Assembly: GCA_040954595.2 (NCBI GenBank)
Contig: CM082587.2
Coordinates: 1,889,000 to 1,952,999, forward strand
From: Balanoglossus misakiensis
Taxonomy: Eukaryota; Animalia; Hemichordata
Reading direction: 5' to 3'
Length of the DNA stretch: 64,000 nucleotides
The notes under the pieces are model-generated. The model ran no database searches, was not told where the DNA came from, and saw only the letters and a program-made list of their open reading frames with translations. Position 1 is the stretch's first letter. The number at the start of each line of letters is the position of its first letter. Positions 12,901-27,000 of the stretch are shown piece after piece. Position numbers and translations under genes: made by a program.

Positions 12901-15900
12901 TTTATCAAAAAATGACCAAATTTTGAAAATTCGCAAAGTCGAAAAATCTTCGATTTCTGACGATTTTCCTGAGCTATAACCCATGGTTTTTATCAAAAAA
13001 TGACCAAATTTTGAAAATTCGCAAAGTCGAAAAATCTTCGATTTTTGACGATTTTCCTGAGCTATAACCCATGGTTTTTATCAAAAAATGACCAAATTTT
13101 GAAAATTCGCAAAGTCGAAAAATCTTCGATTTCTGACGATTTTCCTGAGCTATAACCCATGGTTTTTTCAAAAAATGACCAAATTTTGAAAATTAGCAAA
13201 GTCGAAAAATCTTCGATTTTTGACGATTTTCCTGAGCTATAACCCATGGTTTTTATCAAAAAATGACCAAATTTTGAAAATTCGCAAAGTCGAAAAATCT
13301 TCGATTTCTGACGATTTTCTTGAGCTATAACCCATGGTTTTTTCAAAAAATGACCAAATTTTGAAAATTCGCAAAGTCGAAAAATCTTCGATTTCTGACG
13401 ATTTTCCTGAGCTATAACCCATGGTTTTTTCAAAAAATGACCAAATTTTGAAAATTCGCAAAGTCGAAAAATCTTCGATTTCTGACGATTTTCCTGAGCT
13501 ATAACCCATGGTTTTTTCAAAAAATGACCAAATTTTGAAAATTCGCAAAGTCGAAAAATCTTCGATTTTTGACGATTTTCCTGAGTTATAACCCATGGTT
13601 TTTATCAAAAAATGACCAAATTTTGAAAATTCGCAAAGTCGAAAAATCTTCGATTTCTGACGATTTTCCTGAGCTATAACCCATGGTTTTTTCAAAAAAT
13701 GACCAAATTTTGAAAATTCGCAAAGTCGAAAAATCTTCGATTTCTGACGATTTTCCTGAGCTATAACCCATGGTTTTTTCAAAAAATGACCAAATTTTGA
13801 AAATTCGCAAAGTCGAAAAATCTTCGATTTCTGACGATTTTCCTGAGCTATAACCCATGGTTTTTTCAAAAAATGACCAAATTTTGAAAATTCGCAAAGT
13901 CGAAAAATCTTCGATTTCTGACGATTTTCCTGAGCTATAACCCATGGTTTTTATCAAAAAATGACCAAATTTTGAAAATTCGCAAAGTCGAAAAATCTTC
14001 GATTTCTGACGATTTTCCTGAGCTATAACCCATGGTTTTTATCAAAAAATGACCAAATTTTGAAAATTCGCAAAGTCGAAAAATCTTCGATTTCTGACGA
14101 TTTTCCTGAGCTATAACCCATGGTTTTTATCAAAAAATGACCAAATTTTGAAAATTCGCAAAGTCGAAAAATCTTCGATTTCTGACGATTTTCCTGAGCT
14201 ATAACCCATGGTTTTTATCAAAAAATGACCAAATTTTGAAAATTCGCAAAGTCGAAAAATCTTCGATTTCTGACGATTTTCCTGAGCTATAACCCATGGT
14301 TTTTATCAAAAAATGACCAAATTTTGAAAATTCGCAAAGTCGAAAAATCTTCGATTTTTGACGATTTTCCTGAGCTATAACCCATGGTTTTTCAAAAAAT
14401 GACCAAATTTTGAAAATTCGCAAAGTCGAAAAATCTTCGATTTCTGACGATTTTCCTGAGCTATAACCCATGGTTTTTTCAAAAAATGACCAAATTTTGA
14501 AAATTCGCAAAGTCGAAAAATCTTCGATTTCTGACGATTTTCCTGAGCTATAACCCATGGTTTTTTCAAAAAATGACCAAATTTTGAAAATTCGCAAAGT
14601 CGAAAAATCTTCGATTTTTGACGATTTTCCTGAGCTATAACCCATGGTTTTTTCAAAAAATGACCAAATTTTGAAAATTCGCAAAGTCGAAAAATCTTCG
14701 ATTTCTGACGATTTTCCTGAGCTATAACCCATGGTTTTTTCAAAAAATGACCAAATTTTGAAAATTCGCAAAGTCGAAAAATCTTCGATTTCTGACGATT
14801 TTCCTGAGCTATAACCCATGGTTTTTTCAAAAAATGACCAAATTTTGAAAATTCGCAAAGTCGAAAAATCTTCGATTTCTGACGATTTTCCTGAGCTATA
14901 ACCCATGGTTCTTTCAAAAAATGACCAAATTTTGAAAATTCGCAAAGTCGAAAAATCTTCGATTTCTGACGATTTTCCTGAGCTATAACCCATGGTTTTT
15001 TCAAAAAATGACCAAATTTTGAAAATTCGCAAAGTCGAAAAATCTTCGATTTCTGACGATTTTCCTGAGCTATAACCCATGGTTTTTTCAAAAAATGACC
15101 AAATTTTGAAAATTCGCAAAGTCGAAAAATCTTCGATTTCTGACGATTTTCCTGAGCTATAACCCATGGTTTTTTCAAAAAATGACCAAATTTTGAAAAT
15201 TCGCAAAGTCGAAAAATCTTCGATTTTTGACGATTTTCCTGAGCTATAACCCATGGTTTTTATCAAAAAATGACCAAATTTTGAAAATTCGCAAAGTCGA
15301 AAAATCTTCGATTTCTGACGATTTTCCTGAGCTATAACCCATGGTTTTTTCAAAAAATGACTCAAATTTTGAAAATTCGCAAAGTCGAAAAATCTTCGAT
15401 TTCTGACGATTTTCCTGAGCTATAACCCATGGTTTTTATCAAAAAATGACCAAATTTTGAAAATTCGCAAAGTCGAAAAATCTTCGATTTCTGACGATTT
15501 TCCTGAGCTATAACCCATGGTTTTTATCAAAAAATGACCAAATTTTGAAAATTCGCAAAGTCGAAAAATCTTCGATTTCTGACGATTTTCCTGAGCTATA
15601 ACCCATGGTTTTTTCAAAAAATGACCAAATTTTGAAAATTCGCAAAGTCGAAAAATCTTCGATTTCTGACGATTTTCCTGAGCTATAACCCATGGTTTTT
15701 TCAAAAAATGACCAAATTTTGAAAATTCGCAAAGTCGAAAAATCTTCGATTTTTGACGATTTTCCTGAGCTATAACCCATGGTTTTTATCAAAAAATGAC
15801 CAAATTTTGAAAATTCGCAAAGTCGAAAAATCTTCGATTTCTGACGATTTTCCTGAGCTATAACCCATGGTTTTTTCAAAAAATGACCAAATTTTGAAAA

Positions 15901-18900
15901 TTCGCAAAGTCGAAAAATCTTCGATTTTTGACGATTTTCCTGAGCTATAACCCATGGTTTTTATCAAAAAATGACCAAATTTTGAAAATTCGCAAAGTCG
16001 AAAAATCTTCGATTTCTGACGATTTTCCTGAGCTATAACCCATGGTTTTTATCAAAAAATGACCAAATTTTGAAAATTCGCAAAGTCGAAAAATCTTCGA
16101 TTTCTGACGATTTTCCTGAGCTATAACCCATGGTTTTTTCAAAAAATGACCAAATTTTGAAAATTCGCAAAGTCGAAAAATCTTCGATTTCTGACGATTT
16201 TCCTGAGCTATAACCCATGGTTTTTATCAAAAAATGACCAAATTTTGAAAATTCGCAAAGTCGAAAAATCTTCGATTTCTGACGATTTTCCTGAGCTATA
16301 ACCCATGGTTTTTTCAAAAAATGACCAAATTTTGAAAATTCGCAAAGTCGAAAAATCTTCGATTTCTGACGATTTTCCTGAGCTATAACCCATGGTTTTT
16401 TCAAAAAATGACCAAATTTTGAAAATTCGCAAAGTCGAAAAATCTTCGATTTCTGACGATTTTCCTGAGCTATAACCCATGGTTTTTTCAAAAAATGACC
16501 AAATTTTGAAAATTCGCAAAGTCGAAAAATCTTCGATTTTTGACGATTTTCCTGAGCTATAACCCATGGTTTTTATCAAAAAATGACCAAATTTTGAAAA
16601 TTCGCAAAGTCGAAAAATCTTCGATTTCTGACGATTTTCCTGAGCTATAACCCATGGTTTTTTCAAAAAATGACCAAATTTTGAAAATTCGCAAAGTCGA
16701 AAAATCTTCGATTTTTGACGATTTTCCTGAGCTATAACCCATGGTTTTTATCAAAAAATGACCAAATTTTGAAAATTCGCAAAGTCGAAAAATCTTCGAT
16801 TTTTGACGATTTTCCTGAGCTATAACCCATGGTTTTTTCAAAAAATGACCAAATTTTGAAAATTCGCAAAGTCGAAAAATCTTCGATTTCTGACGATTTT
16901 CCTGAGCTATAACCCATGGTTTTTTCAAAAAATGACCAAATTTTGAAAATTCGCAAAGTCGAAAAATCTTCGATTTTTGACGATTTTCCTGAGCTATAAC
17001 CCATGGTTTTTATCAAAAAATGACCAAATTTTGAAAATTCGCAAAGTCGAAAAATCTTCGATTTCTGACGATTTTCCTGAGCTATAACCCATGGTTTTTT
17101 CAAAAAATGACCAAATTTTGAAAATTCGCAAAGTCGAAAAATCTTCGATTTCTGACGATTTTCCTGAGCTATAACCCATGGTTTTTTCAAAAAATGACCA
17201 AATTTTGAAAATTCGCAAAGTCGAAAAATCTTCGATTTCTGACGATTTTCCTGAGCTATAACCCATGGTTTTTTCAAAAAATGACCAAATTTTGAAAATT
17301 CGCAAAGTCGAAAAATCTTCGATTTCTGACGATTTTCCTGAGCTATAACCCATGGTTTTTTCAAAAAATGACCAAATTTTGAAAATTCGCAAAGTCGAAA
17401 AATCTTCGATTTTTGACGATTTTCCTGAGCTATAACCCATGGTTTTTATCAAAAAATGACCAAATTTTGAAAATTCGCAAAGTCGAAAAATCTTCGATTT
17501 CTGACGATTTTCCTGAGCTATAACCCAAGGTTTTTTCAAAAAATGACCAAATTTTGAAAATTCGCAAAGTCGAAAAATCTTCGATTTCTGACGATTTTCC
17601 TGAGCTATAACCCAAGGTTTTTTCAAAAAATGACCAAATTTTGAAAATTCGCAAAGTCGAAAAATCTTCGATTTCTGACGATTTTCCTGAGCTATAACCC
17701 ATGGTTTTTTCAAAAAATGACCAAATTTTGAAAATTCGCAAAGTCGAAAAATCTTCGATTTTTGACGATTTTCCTGAGTTATAACCCATGGTTTTTATCA
17801 AAAAATGACCAAATTTTGAAAATTCGCAAAGTCGAAAAATCTTCGATTTTTGACGATTTTCATGAGCTATAACCCATGGTTTTTTTCAAAAAATGACCAA
17901 ATTTTGAAAATTCGCAAAGTCGAAAAAACTTCGTTTTTGACGATTTTCCTGAGCTATAACCCATGGTTTTTTCAAAATATGACCAAATTTTGAAAATTCG
18001 CAAAGTCGAAAAATCTTCGATTTCTGACGATTTTCCTGAGCTATAACCCATGGTTTTTATCAAAAAATGACCAAATTTTGAAAATTCGCAAAGTCGAAAA
18101 ATCTTCAATTTTTGACGATTTTCCTGAGCTATAACCCATGGTTTTTATCAAAAAATGACCAAATTTTGAAAATTCGCAAAGTCGAAAAATCTTCGATTTC
18201 TGACGATTTTCCTGAGCTATAACCCATGGTTTTTTCAAAAAATGACCAAATTTTTGAAAATTCTCAAAGTCGAAAAATCTTCGATTTTTGACGATTTTCA
18301 TGAGCTATAACCCATGGTTTTTTTTTCAAAAAATGACCAAATTTTGAAAATTCGCAAAGTCGAAAAAACTTCGTTTTTGACGATTTTCCTGAGCTATAAC
18401 CCATGGTTTTTTTGAAAATATGACCAAATTTTGAAAATTCGCAAAGTCGAAAAATCTTCGATTTCTGACGATTTTCCTGAGCTATAACCCATGGTTTTTA
18501 TCAAAAAATGACCAAATTTTGAAAATTCGCAAAGTCGAAAAATCTTCAATTTTTGACGATTTTCCTGAGCTATAACCCATGGTTTTTATCAAAAAATGAC
18601 CAAATTTTGAAAATTCGCAAAGTCGAAAAATCTTCGATTTCTGACGATTTTCCTGAGCTATAACCCATGGTTTTTTCAAAAAATGACCAAATTTTTGAAA
18701 ATTCGCAAAGTCGAAAAATCTTCGATTTCTGACGATTTTCCTGAGCTATAACCCATGGTTTTTTTCAAAAAATGACCAAATTTTGAAAATTCGCAAAGTC
18801 GAAAAAACTTCGTTTTTGACGATTTTCCTGAGCTATAACCCATGGTTTTTTCAAAAAATGACCAAATTTTGAAAATTCGCAAAGTCGAAAAATCTTCGAT

Positions 18901-21060
18901 TTCTGACGATTTTCCTGAGCTATAACCCATGGTTTTTATCAAAAAATGACCAAATTTTGAAAATTCGCAAAGTCGAAAAATCTTCAATTTTTGACGATTT
19001 TCCTGAGCTATAACCCATGGTTTTTATCAAAAAATGACCAAATTTTGAAAATTCGCAAAGTCGAAAAATCTTCGATTTCTGACGATTTTCCTGAGCTATA
19101 ACCCATGGTTTTTTCAAAAAATGACCAAATTTTGAAAATTCGCAAAGTCGAAAAATCTTCGATTTCTGACGATTTTTCCTGAGCTATAACCCATGGTTTT
19201 TTCAAAAAATGACCAAATTTTGAAAATTCGCAAAGTCGAAAAATCTTCGATTTCTGACGATTTTCCTGAGCTATAACCCATGGTTTTTTCAATAAATGTC
19301 CAAATTTTGAAAATTCGCAAAGTCGAAAAATCTTCGATTTCTGACGATTTTCCTGAGCTATAACCCATGGTTTTTTCAAAAAATGACCAAATTTTGAAAA
19401 TTCGCAAAGTCGAAAAATCTTCGATTTCTGACGATTTTCCTGAGCTATAACCCATGGTTTTTTCAAAAAATGACCAAATTTTGAAAATTCGCAAAGTCGA
19501 AAAATCTTCGATTTCTGACGATTTTCCTGAGCTATAACCCATGGTTTTTATCAAAAAATGACCAAATTTTGAAAATTCGCAAAGTCGAAAAATCTTCGAT
19601 TTCTGACGATTTTCCTGAGCTATAACCCATGGTTTTTATCAAAAAATGACCAAATTTTGAAAATTCGCAAAGTCGAAAAAACTTCGATTTTTGACGATTT
19701 TCCTGAGCTATAACCCATGGTTTTTTCAAAAAATGACCAAATTTTTGAAAATTCGCAAAGTCGAAAAATCTTCGATTTCTGACGATTTTCCTGAGCTATA
19801 ACCCATGGTTTTTTCAAAAAATGACCAAATTTTGAAAATTCGCAAAGTCGAAAAATCTTCGATTTCTGACGATTTTCCTGAGCTATAACCCATGGTTTTT
19901 TCAAAAAATGACCAAATTTTGAAAATTCGCAAAGTCGAAAAATCTTCGATTTCTGACGATTTTCCTGAGCTATAACCCATGGTTTTTATCAAAAAATGAC
20001 CAAATTTTGAAAATTCGCAAAGTCGAAAAATCTTCGATTCCTGACGATTTTCCTGAGCTATAATCCATGGTTTTTTCAAAAAATGACCAAATTTTGAAAA
20101 TTCGCAAAGTCGAAAAATCTTCGATTTCTGACGATTTTCCTGAGCTATAACCCATGGTTTTTTCAAAAAATGACCAAATTTTGAAAATTCGCAAAGTCGA
20201 AAAATCTTCGATTTCTGACGATTTTCCTGAGCTATAACCCATGGTTTTTATCAAAAAATGACCAAATTTTGAAAATTCGCAAAGTCGAAAAATCTTCGAT
20301 TTCTGACGATTTTCCTGAGCTATAACCCATGGTTTTTATCAAAAAATGACCAAATTTTGAAATTCCGCGAAGTCGAAAAATCTTCGATTTCTGACGATTT
20401 TCCTGAGCTATAACCCATGGTTTTTATCAAAAAATGACCAAATTTTGAAAATTCGCAAAGTCGAAAAATCTTCGATTTTTGACGATTTTCCTGAGCTATA
20501 ACCCATGGTTTTTATCAAAAAATGACCAAATTTTGAAAATTCGCAAAGTCGAAAAATCTTCGATTTCTGACGATTTTCCTGAGCTATAACCCATGGTTTT
20601 TATCAAAAAATGACCAAATTTTGAAAATTCGCAAAGTCGAAAAATCTTCGATTTTTGACGATTTTCCTGAGCTATAACCCATGGTTTTTATCAAAAAATG
20701 ACCAAATTTTGAAAATTCCCAAAGTCGAAAAATCTTCGATTTCTGACGATTTTCCTGAGCTATAACCCATGGTTTTTTCAAAAAATGACCAAATTTTGAA
20801 ACTTCGCAAAGTCGAAAAATCTTCGATTTCTGACGATTTTCCTGAGCTATAACCCATGGTTTTTTCAAAAAATGACCAAATTTAGAAAATTCGCAAAGTC
20901 GAAAAATCTTCGATTTCTGACGATTTTCCTGAGCTATAACCCATGGTTTTTTCAAAAAATGACCAAATTTTGAAAATTCGCAAAGTCGAAAAATCTTCGA
21001 TTTCTGACGATTTTCCTGAGCTATAACCCATGGTTTTTATCAAAAAATGACCAAATTTTC
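954..21060 (+). repeat. Satellite DNA block 1: about 230 highly homogeneous 87/88-bp monomers (mainly subfamily B)
   Basis: Consensus CTGAGCTATAACCCATGGTTTTT(T/AT)CAAAAAATGACCAAATTTTGAAAATTCGCAAAGTCGAAAAATCTTCGATTT(C/T)TGACGATTTTC repeated head-to-tail. The first two units are subfamily A (..GAAATTCCGCGAAGTCGAAAAATTGACATTTCTGGATGATTTTCATGAG..). Confidence 0.98.
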
Positions 21061-24000
21061 ACAAAAATCATGGGTTATAGCTCATGAAAATCATCCAGAA
21101 ATGTCAATTTTTCGACTTCGCGAAATTTCAAAATTTGGTCATTTTTTGATTAAAACCATGGGTTATAGCTCATGAAAATCATCCAGAAATGTTAATTTTT
21201 AGACTTCGCGAAATTTCATAATTTGGTCATTTTTTGAAAAAACCATGGGTTATAGCTCAGGAAAATCGTCAGAAATCGAAGATTTTTCGACTTCGCGAAT
21301 TTTCAAAATTTGGTCATTTTTTGAAAAAACCATGGGTTATAGCTCAGTAAAATCATCCAGAAATCGAAGATTTTTCGACTTTGCGAATTTTCAAAATTTG
21401 GTCATTTTTTGAAAAAACCATGGGTTATAGCTCAGGAAAATCGTCAGAAATCGAAGATTTTTCGAATTTGCGAATTTTCAAAATTTGGTCATTTTTTGAT
21501 AAAAACCATGGGTTATAGCTCAAGAAAATCGTCAAAAATCGAAGATTTTTCGACTTTGCGAATTTTCAAAATTTGGTCATTTTTTGAAAAAAACCATGGG
21601 TTATAGCTCATGAAAATCATCCAGAAATGTCAATTTTTCGACTTCGCGGAATTCAAAATTTGGTCATTTTTTGATAAAAACCATGGGTTATAGCTCAGGA
21701 AAATCGTCAAAAATCGAAGATTTTTCGACTTTGCGAATTTTCAAAATTTGGTCATTTTTTGATAAAAACCATGGGTTATAGCTCAGGAAAATCGTCAGAA
21801 ATCGAAGATTTTTCGACTTTGCGAATTTTCAAAATTTGGTCATTTTTTGATAAAAACCATGGGTTATAGCTCAGGAAAATCGTCAGAAATCGAAGATTTT
21901 TCGACTTTGCGAATTTTCAAAATTTGGTCATTTTTTGATAAAAACCATGGGTTATAGCTCAGGAAAATCGTCAGAAATCGAAGATTTTTCGACTTTGCGA
22001 ATTTTCAAAATTTGGTCATTTTTTGAAAAAAACCATGGGTTATAGCTCATGAAAATCGTCAAAAATCGAAGATTTTTCGACTTTGCGAATTTTCAAAATT
22101 TGGTCATTTTTTGAAAAAACCATGGGTTATAGCTCAGGAAAATCGTCAGAAATCGAAGATTTTTCGACTTTGCGAATTTTCAAAATTTGGTCATTTTTTG
22201 AAAAAACCATGGGTTATAGCTCAGGAAAATCGTCAGAAATCGAAGATTGCGAATTTTCAAAATTTGGTCATTTTTTGATAAAAACCATGGGTTATAGCTC
22301 ATGAAAATCATCCAGAAATGTCAATTTTTCGACTTCGCGGAATTTCAAAATTTGGTCATATTTTGAAAAAACCATGGGTTATAGCTCAGGAAAATCGTCA
22401 AAAATCGAAGATTTTTCGACTTTGCGAATTTTCAAAATTTGGTCATTTTTTGATAAAAACCATGGGTTATAGCTCAAGAAAATCGTCAAAAATCGAAGAT
22501 TTTTCGACTTTGCGAATTTTCAAAATTTGGTCATTTTAAAAAAAAAACCATGGGTTATAGCTCAGGAAAATCGTCAAAAATCGAAGATTTTTCGACTTTG
22601 CGAATTTTCAAAATTTGGTCATTTTTTGAAAAAAACCATGGGTTATAGCTCATGAAAATCATCCAGAAATCGAAGATTTTTCGACTTTGCGAATTTTCAA
22701 AATTTGGTCATTTTTTGAAAAAACCATGGGTTATAGCTCAGGAAAATCGTCAGAAATCGAAGATTTTTCGAATTTGCGAGTTTTCAAAATTTGGTCATTT
22801 TTTGATAAAAACCATGGGTTATAGCTCAAGAAAATCGTCAAAAATCGAAGATTTTTCGACTTTGCGAATTTTCAAAATTTGGTCATTTTTTGAAAAAAAC
22901 CATGGGTTATAGCTCATGAAAATCATCCAGAAATGTCAATTTTTCGACTTCGCGGAATTCAAAATTTGGTCATTTTTTGATAAAAACCATGGGTTATAGC
23001 TCAGGAAAATCGTCAAAAATCGAAGATTTTTCGACTTTGCGAATTTTCAAAATTTGGTCATTTTTTGAAAAAACCATGGGTTATAGCTCAGGAAAATCGT
23101 CAGAAATCGAAGATTTTTCGACTTTGCGAATTTTCAAAATTTGGTCATTTTTTGAAAAAAACCATGGGTTATAGCTCATGAAAATCGTCAAAAATCGAAG
23201 ATTTTTCGACTTTGCGAATTTTCAAAATTTGGTCATTTTTTGAAAAAACCATGGGTTATAGCTCAGGAAAATCGTCAGAAATCGAAGATTTTTCGACTTT
23301 GCGAATTTTCAAAATTTGGTCATTTTTTGAAAAAACCATGGGTTATAGCTCAGGAAAATCGTCAGAAATCGAAGATTGCGAATTTTCAAAATTTGGTCAT
23401 TTTTTGATAAAAACCATGGGTTATAGCTCATGAAAATCATCCAGAAATGTCAATTTTTCGACTTCGCGGAATTTGAAAATTTGGTCATATTTTGAAAAAA
23501 CCATGGGTTATAGCTCAGGAAAATCGTCAAAAATCGAAGATTTTTCGACTTTGCGAATTTTCAAAAATTTGGTCATTTTTTGAAAAAACCATGGGTTATA
23601 GCTCAGGAAAATCGTCAGAAATCGAAGTTTTTTCGACTTTGCGAATTTTCAAAATTTGGTCATTTTTTGATAAAAACCATGGGTTATAGCTCAGGAAAAT
23701 CGTCAAAAATCGAAGTTTTTTCGACTTTGCGAATTTTCAAAATTTGGTCATTTTTTGATAAAAACCATGGGTTATAGCTCAGGAAAATCGTCAAAAATCG
23801 AAGTTTTTTCGACTTTGCGAATTTTCAAAATTTGGTCATTTTTTGATAAAAACCATGGGTTATAGCTCAAGAAAATCGTCAAAAATCGAAGATTTTTCGA
23901 CTTTGCGAATTTTCAAAATTTGGTCATTTTTAAAAAAAAACCATGGGTTATAGCTCAGGAAAATCGTCAAAAATCGAAGATTTTTCGACTTTGCGAATTT

Positions 24001-27000
24001 TCAAAATTTGGTCATTTTTTGAAAAAAACCATGGGTTATAGCTCATGAAAATCATCCAGAAATGTCAATTTTTCGACTTCGCGGAATTTCAAAATTTGGT
24101 CATTTTTTGATAAAAAACATGGGTTATAGCTCATGAAAATCATCCAGAAATGTCAATTTTTCGACTTCGCGGAATTTCAAAATTTGGTCATTTTTTGAAA
24201 AAACCATGGGTTATAGCTCAGTAAAATCATCCAGAAATCGAAGATTTTTCGACTTTGCGAATTTTCAAAATTTGGTCATTTTTTGATAAAAACCATGGGT
24301 TATAGCTCATGAAAATCATCCAGAAATGTCAATTTTTCGACTTCGCGGAATTTCAAAATTTGGTCATTTTTTGATAAAAACCATGGGTTATAGCTCAGGA
24401 AAATCGTCAAAAATCGAAGATTTTTCGACTTTGCGAATTTTCAAAATTTGGTCATTTTTTGAAAAAACCATGGGTTATAGCTCAGGAAAATCGTCAGAAA
24501 TCGAAGATTTTTCGACTTTGCGAATTTTCAAAATTTGGTCATTTTTTGAAAAAAACCATGGGTTATAGCTCATGAAAATCGTCAAAAATCGAAGATTTTT
24601 CGACTTTGCGAATTTTCAAAATTTGGTCATTTTTTGAAAAAACCATGGGTTATAGCTCAGGAAAATCGTCAGAAATCGAAGATTTTTCGACTTTGCGAAT
24701 TTTCAAAATTTGGTCATTTTTTGAAAAAACCATGGGTTATAGCTCAGGAAAATCGTCAGAAATCGAAGATTGCGAATTTTCAAAATTTGGTCATTTTTTG
24801 ATAAAAACCATGGGTTATAGCTCATGAAAATCATCCAGAAATGTCAATTTTTCGACTTCGCGGAATTTGAAAATTTGGTCATATTTTGAAAAAACCATGG
24901 GTTATAGCTCAGGAAAATCGTCAAAAATCGAAGATTTTTCGACTTTGCGAATTTTCAAAAATTTGGTCATTTTTTGAAAAAACCATGGGTTATAGCTCAG
25001 GAAAATCGTCAGAAATCGAAGTTTTTTCGACTTTGCGAATTTTCAAAATTTGGTCATTTTTTGATAAAAACCATGGGTTATAGCTCAGGAAAATCGTCAA
25101 AAATCGAAGTTTTTTCGACTTTGCGAATTTTCAAAATTTGGTCATTTTTTGATAAAAACCATGGGTTATAGCTCAGGAAAATCGTCAAAAATCGAAGTTT
25201 TTTCGACTTTGCGAATTTTCAAAATTTGGTCATTTTTTGATAAAAACCATGGGTTATAGCTCAAGAAAATCGTCAAAAATCGAAGATTTTTCGACTTTGC
25301 GAATTTTCAAAATTTGGTCATTTTTAAAAAAAAACCATGGGTTATAGCTCAGGAAAATCGTCAAAAATCGAAGATTTTTCGACTTTGCGAATTTTCAAAA
25401 TTTGGTCATTTTTTGAAAAAAACCATGGGTTATAGCTCATGAAAATCATCCAGAAATGTCAATTTTTCGACTTCGCGGAATTTCAAAATTTGGTCATTTT
25501 TTGATAAAAAACATGGGTTATAGCTCATGAAAATCATCCAGAAATGTCAATTTTTCGACTTCGCGGAATTTCAAAATTTGGTCATTTTTTGAAAAAACCA
25601 TGGGTTATAGCTCAGTAAAATCATCCAGAAATCGAAGATTTTTCGACTTTGCGAATTTTCAAAATTTGGTCATTTTTTGATAAAAACCATGGGTTATAGC
25701 TCATGAAAATCATCCAGAAATGTCAATTTTTCGACTTCGCGGAATTTCAAAATTTGGTCATTTTTTGATAAAAACCATGGGTTATAGCTCATGAAAATCA
25801 TCCAGAAATGTCAATTTTTCGACTTCGCGGAAGTTCAAAATTTGGTCATTTTTTGATAAAAACCATGGGTTATAGCTCATGAAAATCATCCAGAAATGTC
25901 AATTTTTCGACTTCGCGGAATTTCAAAATTTGGTCATTTTTTGGAAAAAACCATGGGTTATAGCTCAGGAAAATCGTCAAAAATCGAAGATTTTTCGACT
26001 TTGCGAATTTTCAAAATTTGGTCATTTTTTGAAAAAAACCATGGGTTATAGCTCAGGAAAATCGTCAAAAATTGAAGATTTTTCGACTTTGCGAATTTTC
26101 AAAATTTGGTCATTTTTTGAAAAAACCATGGGTTATAGCTCAGGAAAATCGTCAAAAATCGAAGATTTTATGACTTTGCGAATTTTCAAAATTTGGTCAT
26201 TTTTTGAAAAAAACCATGGGTTATAGCTCAGGAAAATCGTCAAAAATCGAAGATTTTTCGACTTTGCGAATTTTCAAAATTTGGTCATTTTTTGAAAAAA
26301 ACCATGGGTTATAGCTCAGGAAAATCGTCAAAAATTGAAGATTTTTCGACTTTGCGAATTTTCAAAATTTGGTCATTTTTTGAAAAAACCATGGGTTATA
26401 GCTCAGGAAAATCGTCAAAAATCGAAGATTTTATGACTTTGCGAATTTTCAAAATTTGGTCATTTTTTGAAAAAAACCATGGGTTATAGCTCAGGAAAAT
26501 CGTCAAAAATCGAAGATTTTTCGACTTTGCGAATTTTCAAAATTTGGTCATTTTTTGAAAAAAACCATGGGTTATAGCTCAGGAAAATCGTCAAAAATCG
26601 AAGATTTTTCGACTTTGCGAATTTTCAAAATTTGGTCATTTTTTGAAAAAAACCATGGGTTATAGCTCAGGAAAATCGTCAAAAATTGAAGATTTTTCGA
26701 CTTTGCGAATTTTCAAAATTTGGTCATTTTTTGAAAAAACCATGGGTTATAGCTCAGGAAAATCGTCAAAAATCGAAGATTTTATGACTTTGCGAATTTT
26801 CAAAATTTGGTCATTTTTTGAAAAAAACCATGGGTTATAGCTCAGGAAAATCGTCAAAAATCGAAGATTTTTCGACTTTGCGAATTTTCAAAATTTGGTC
26901 ATTTTTTGAAAAAACCATGGGTTAAAGCTCAGGAAAATCGTCAAAAATCGAAGATTTTTCGACTTTGCGAATTTTCAAAATTTGGTCATTTTTTGATAAA

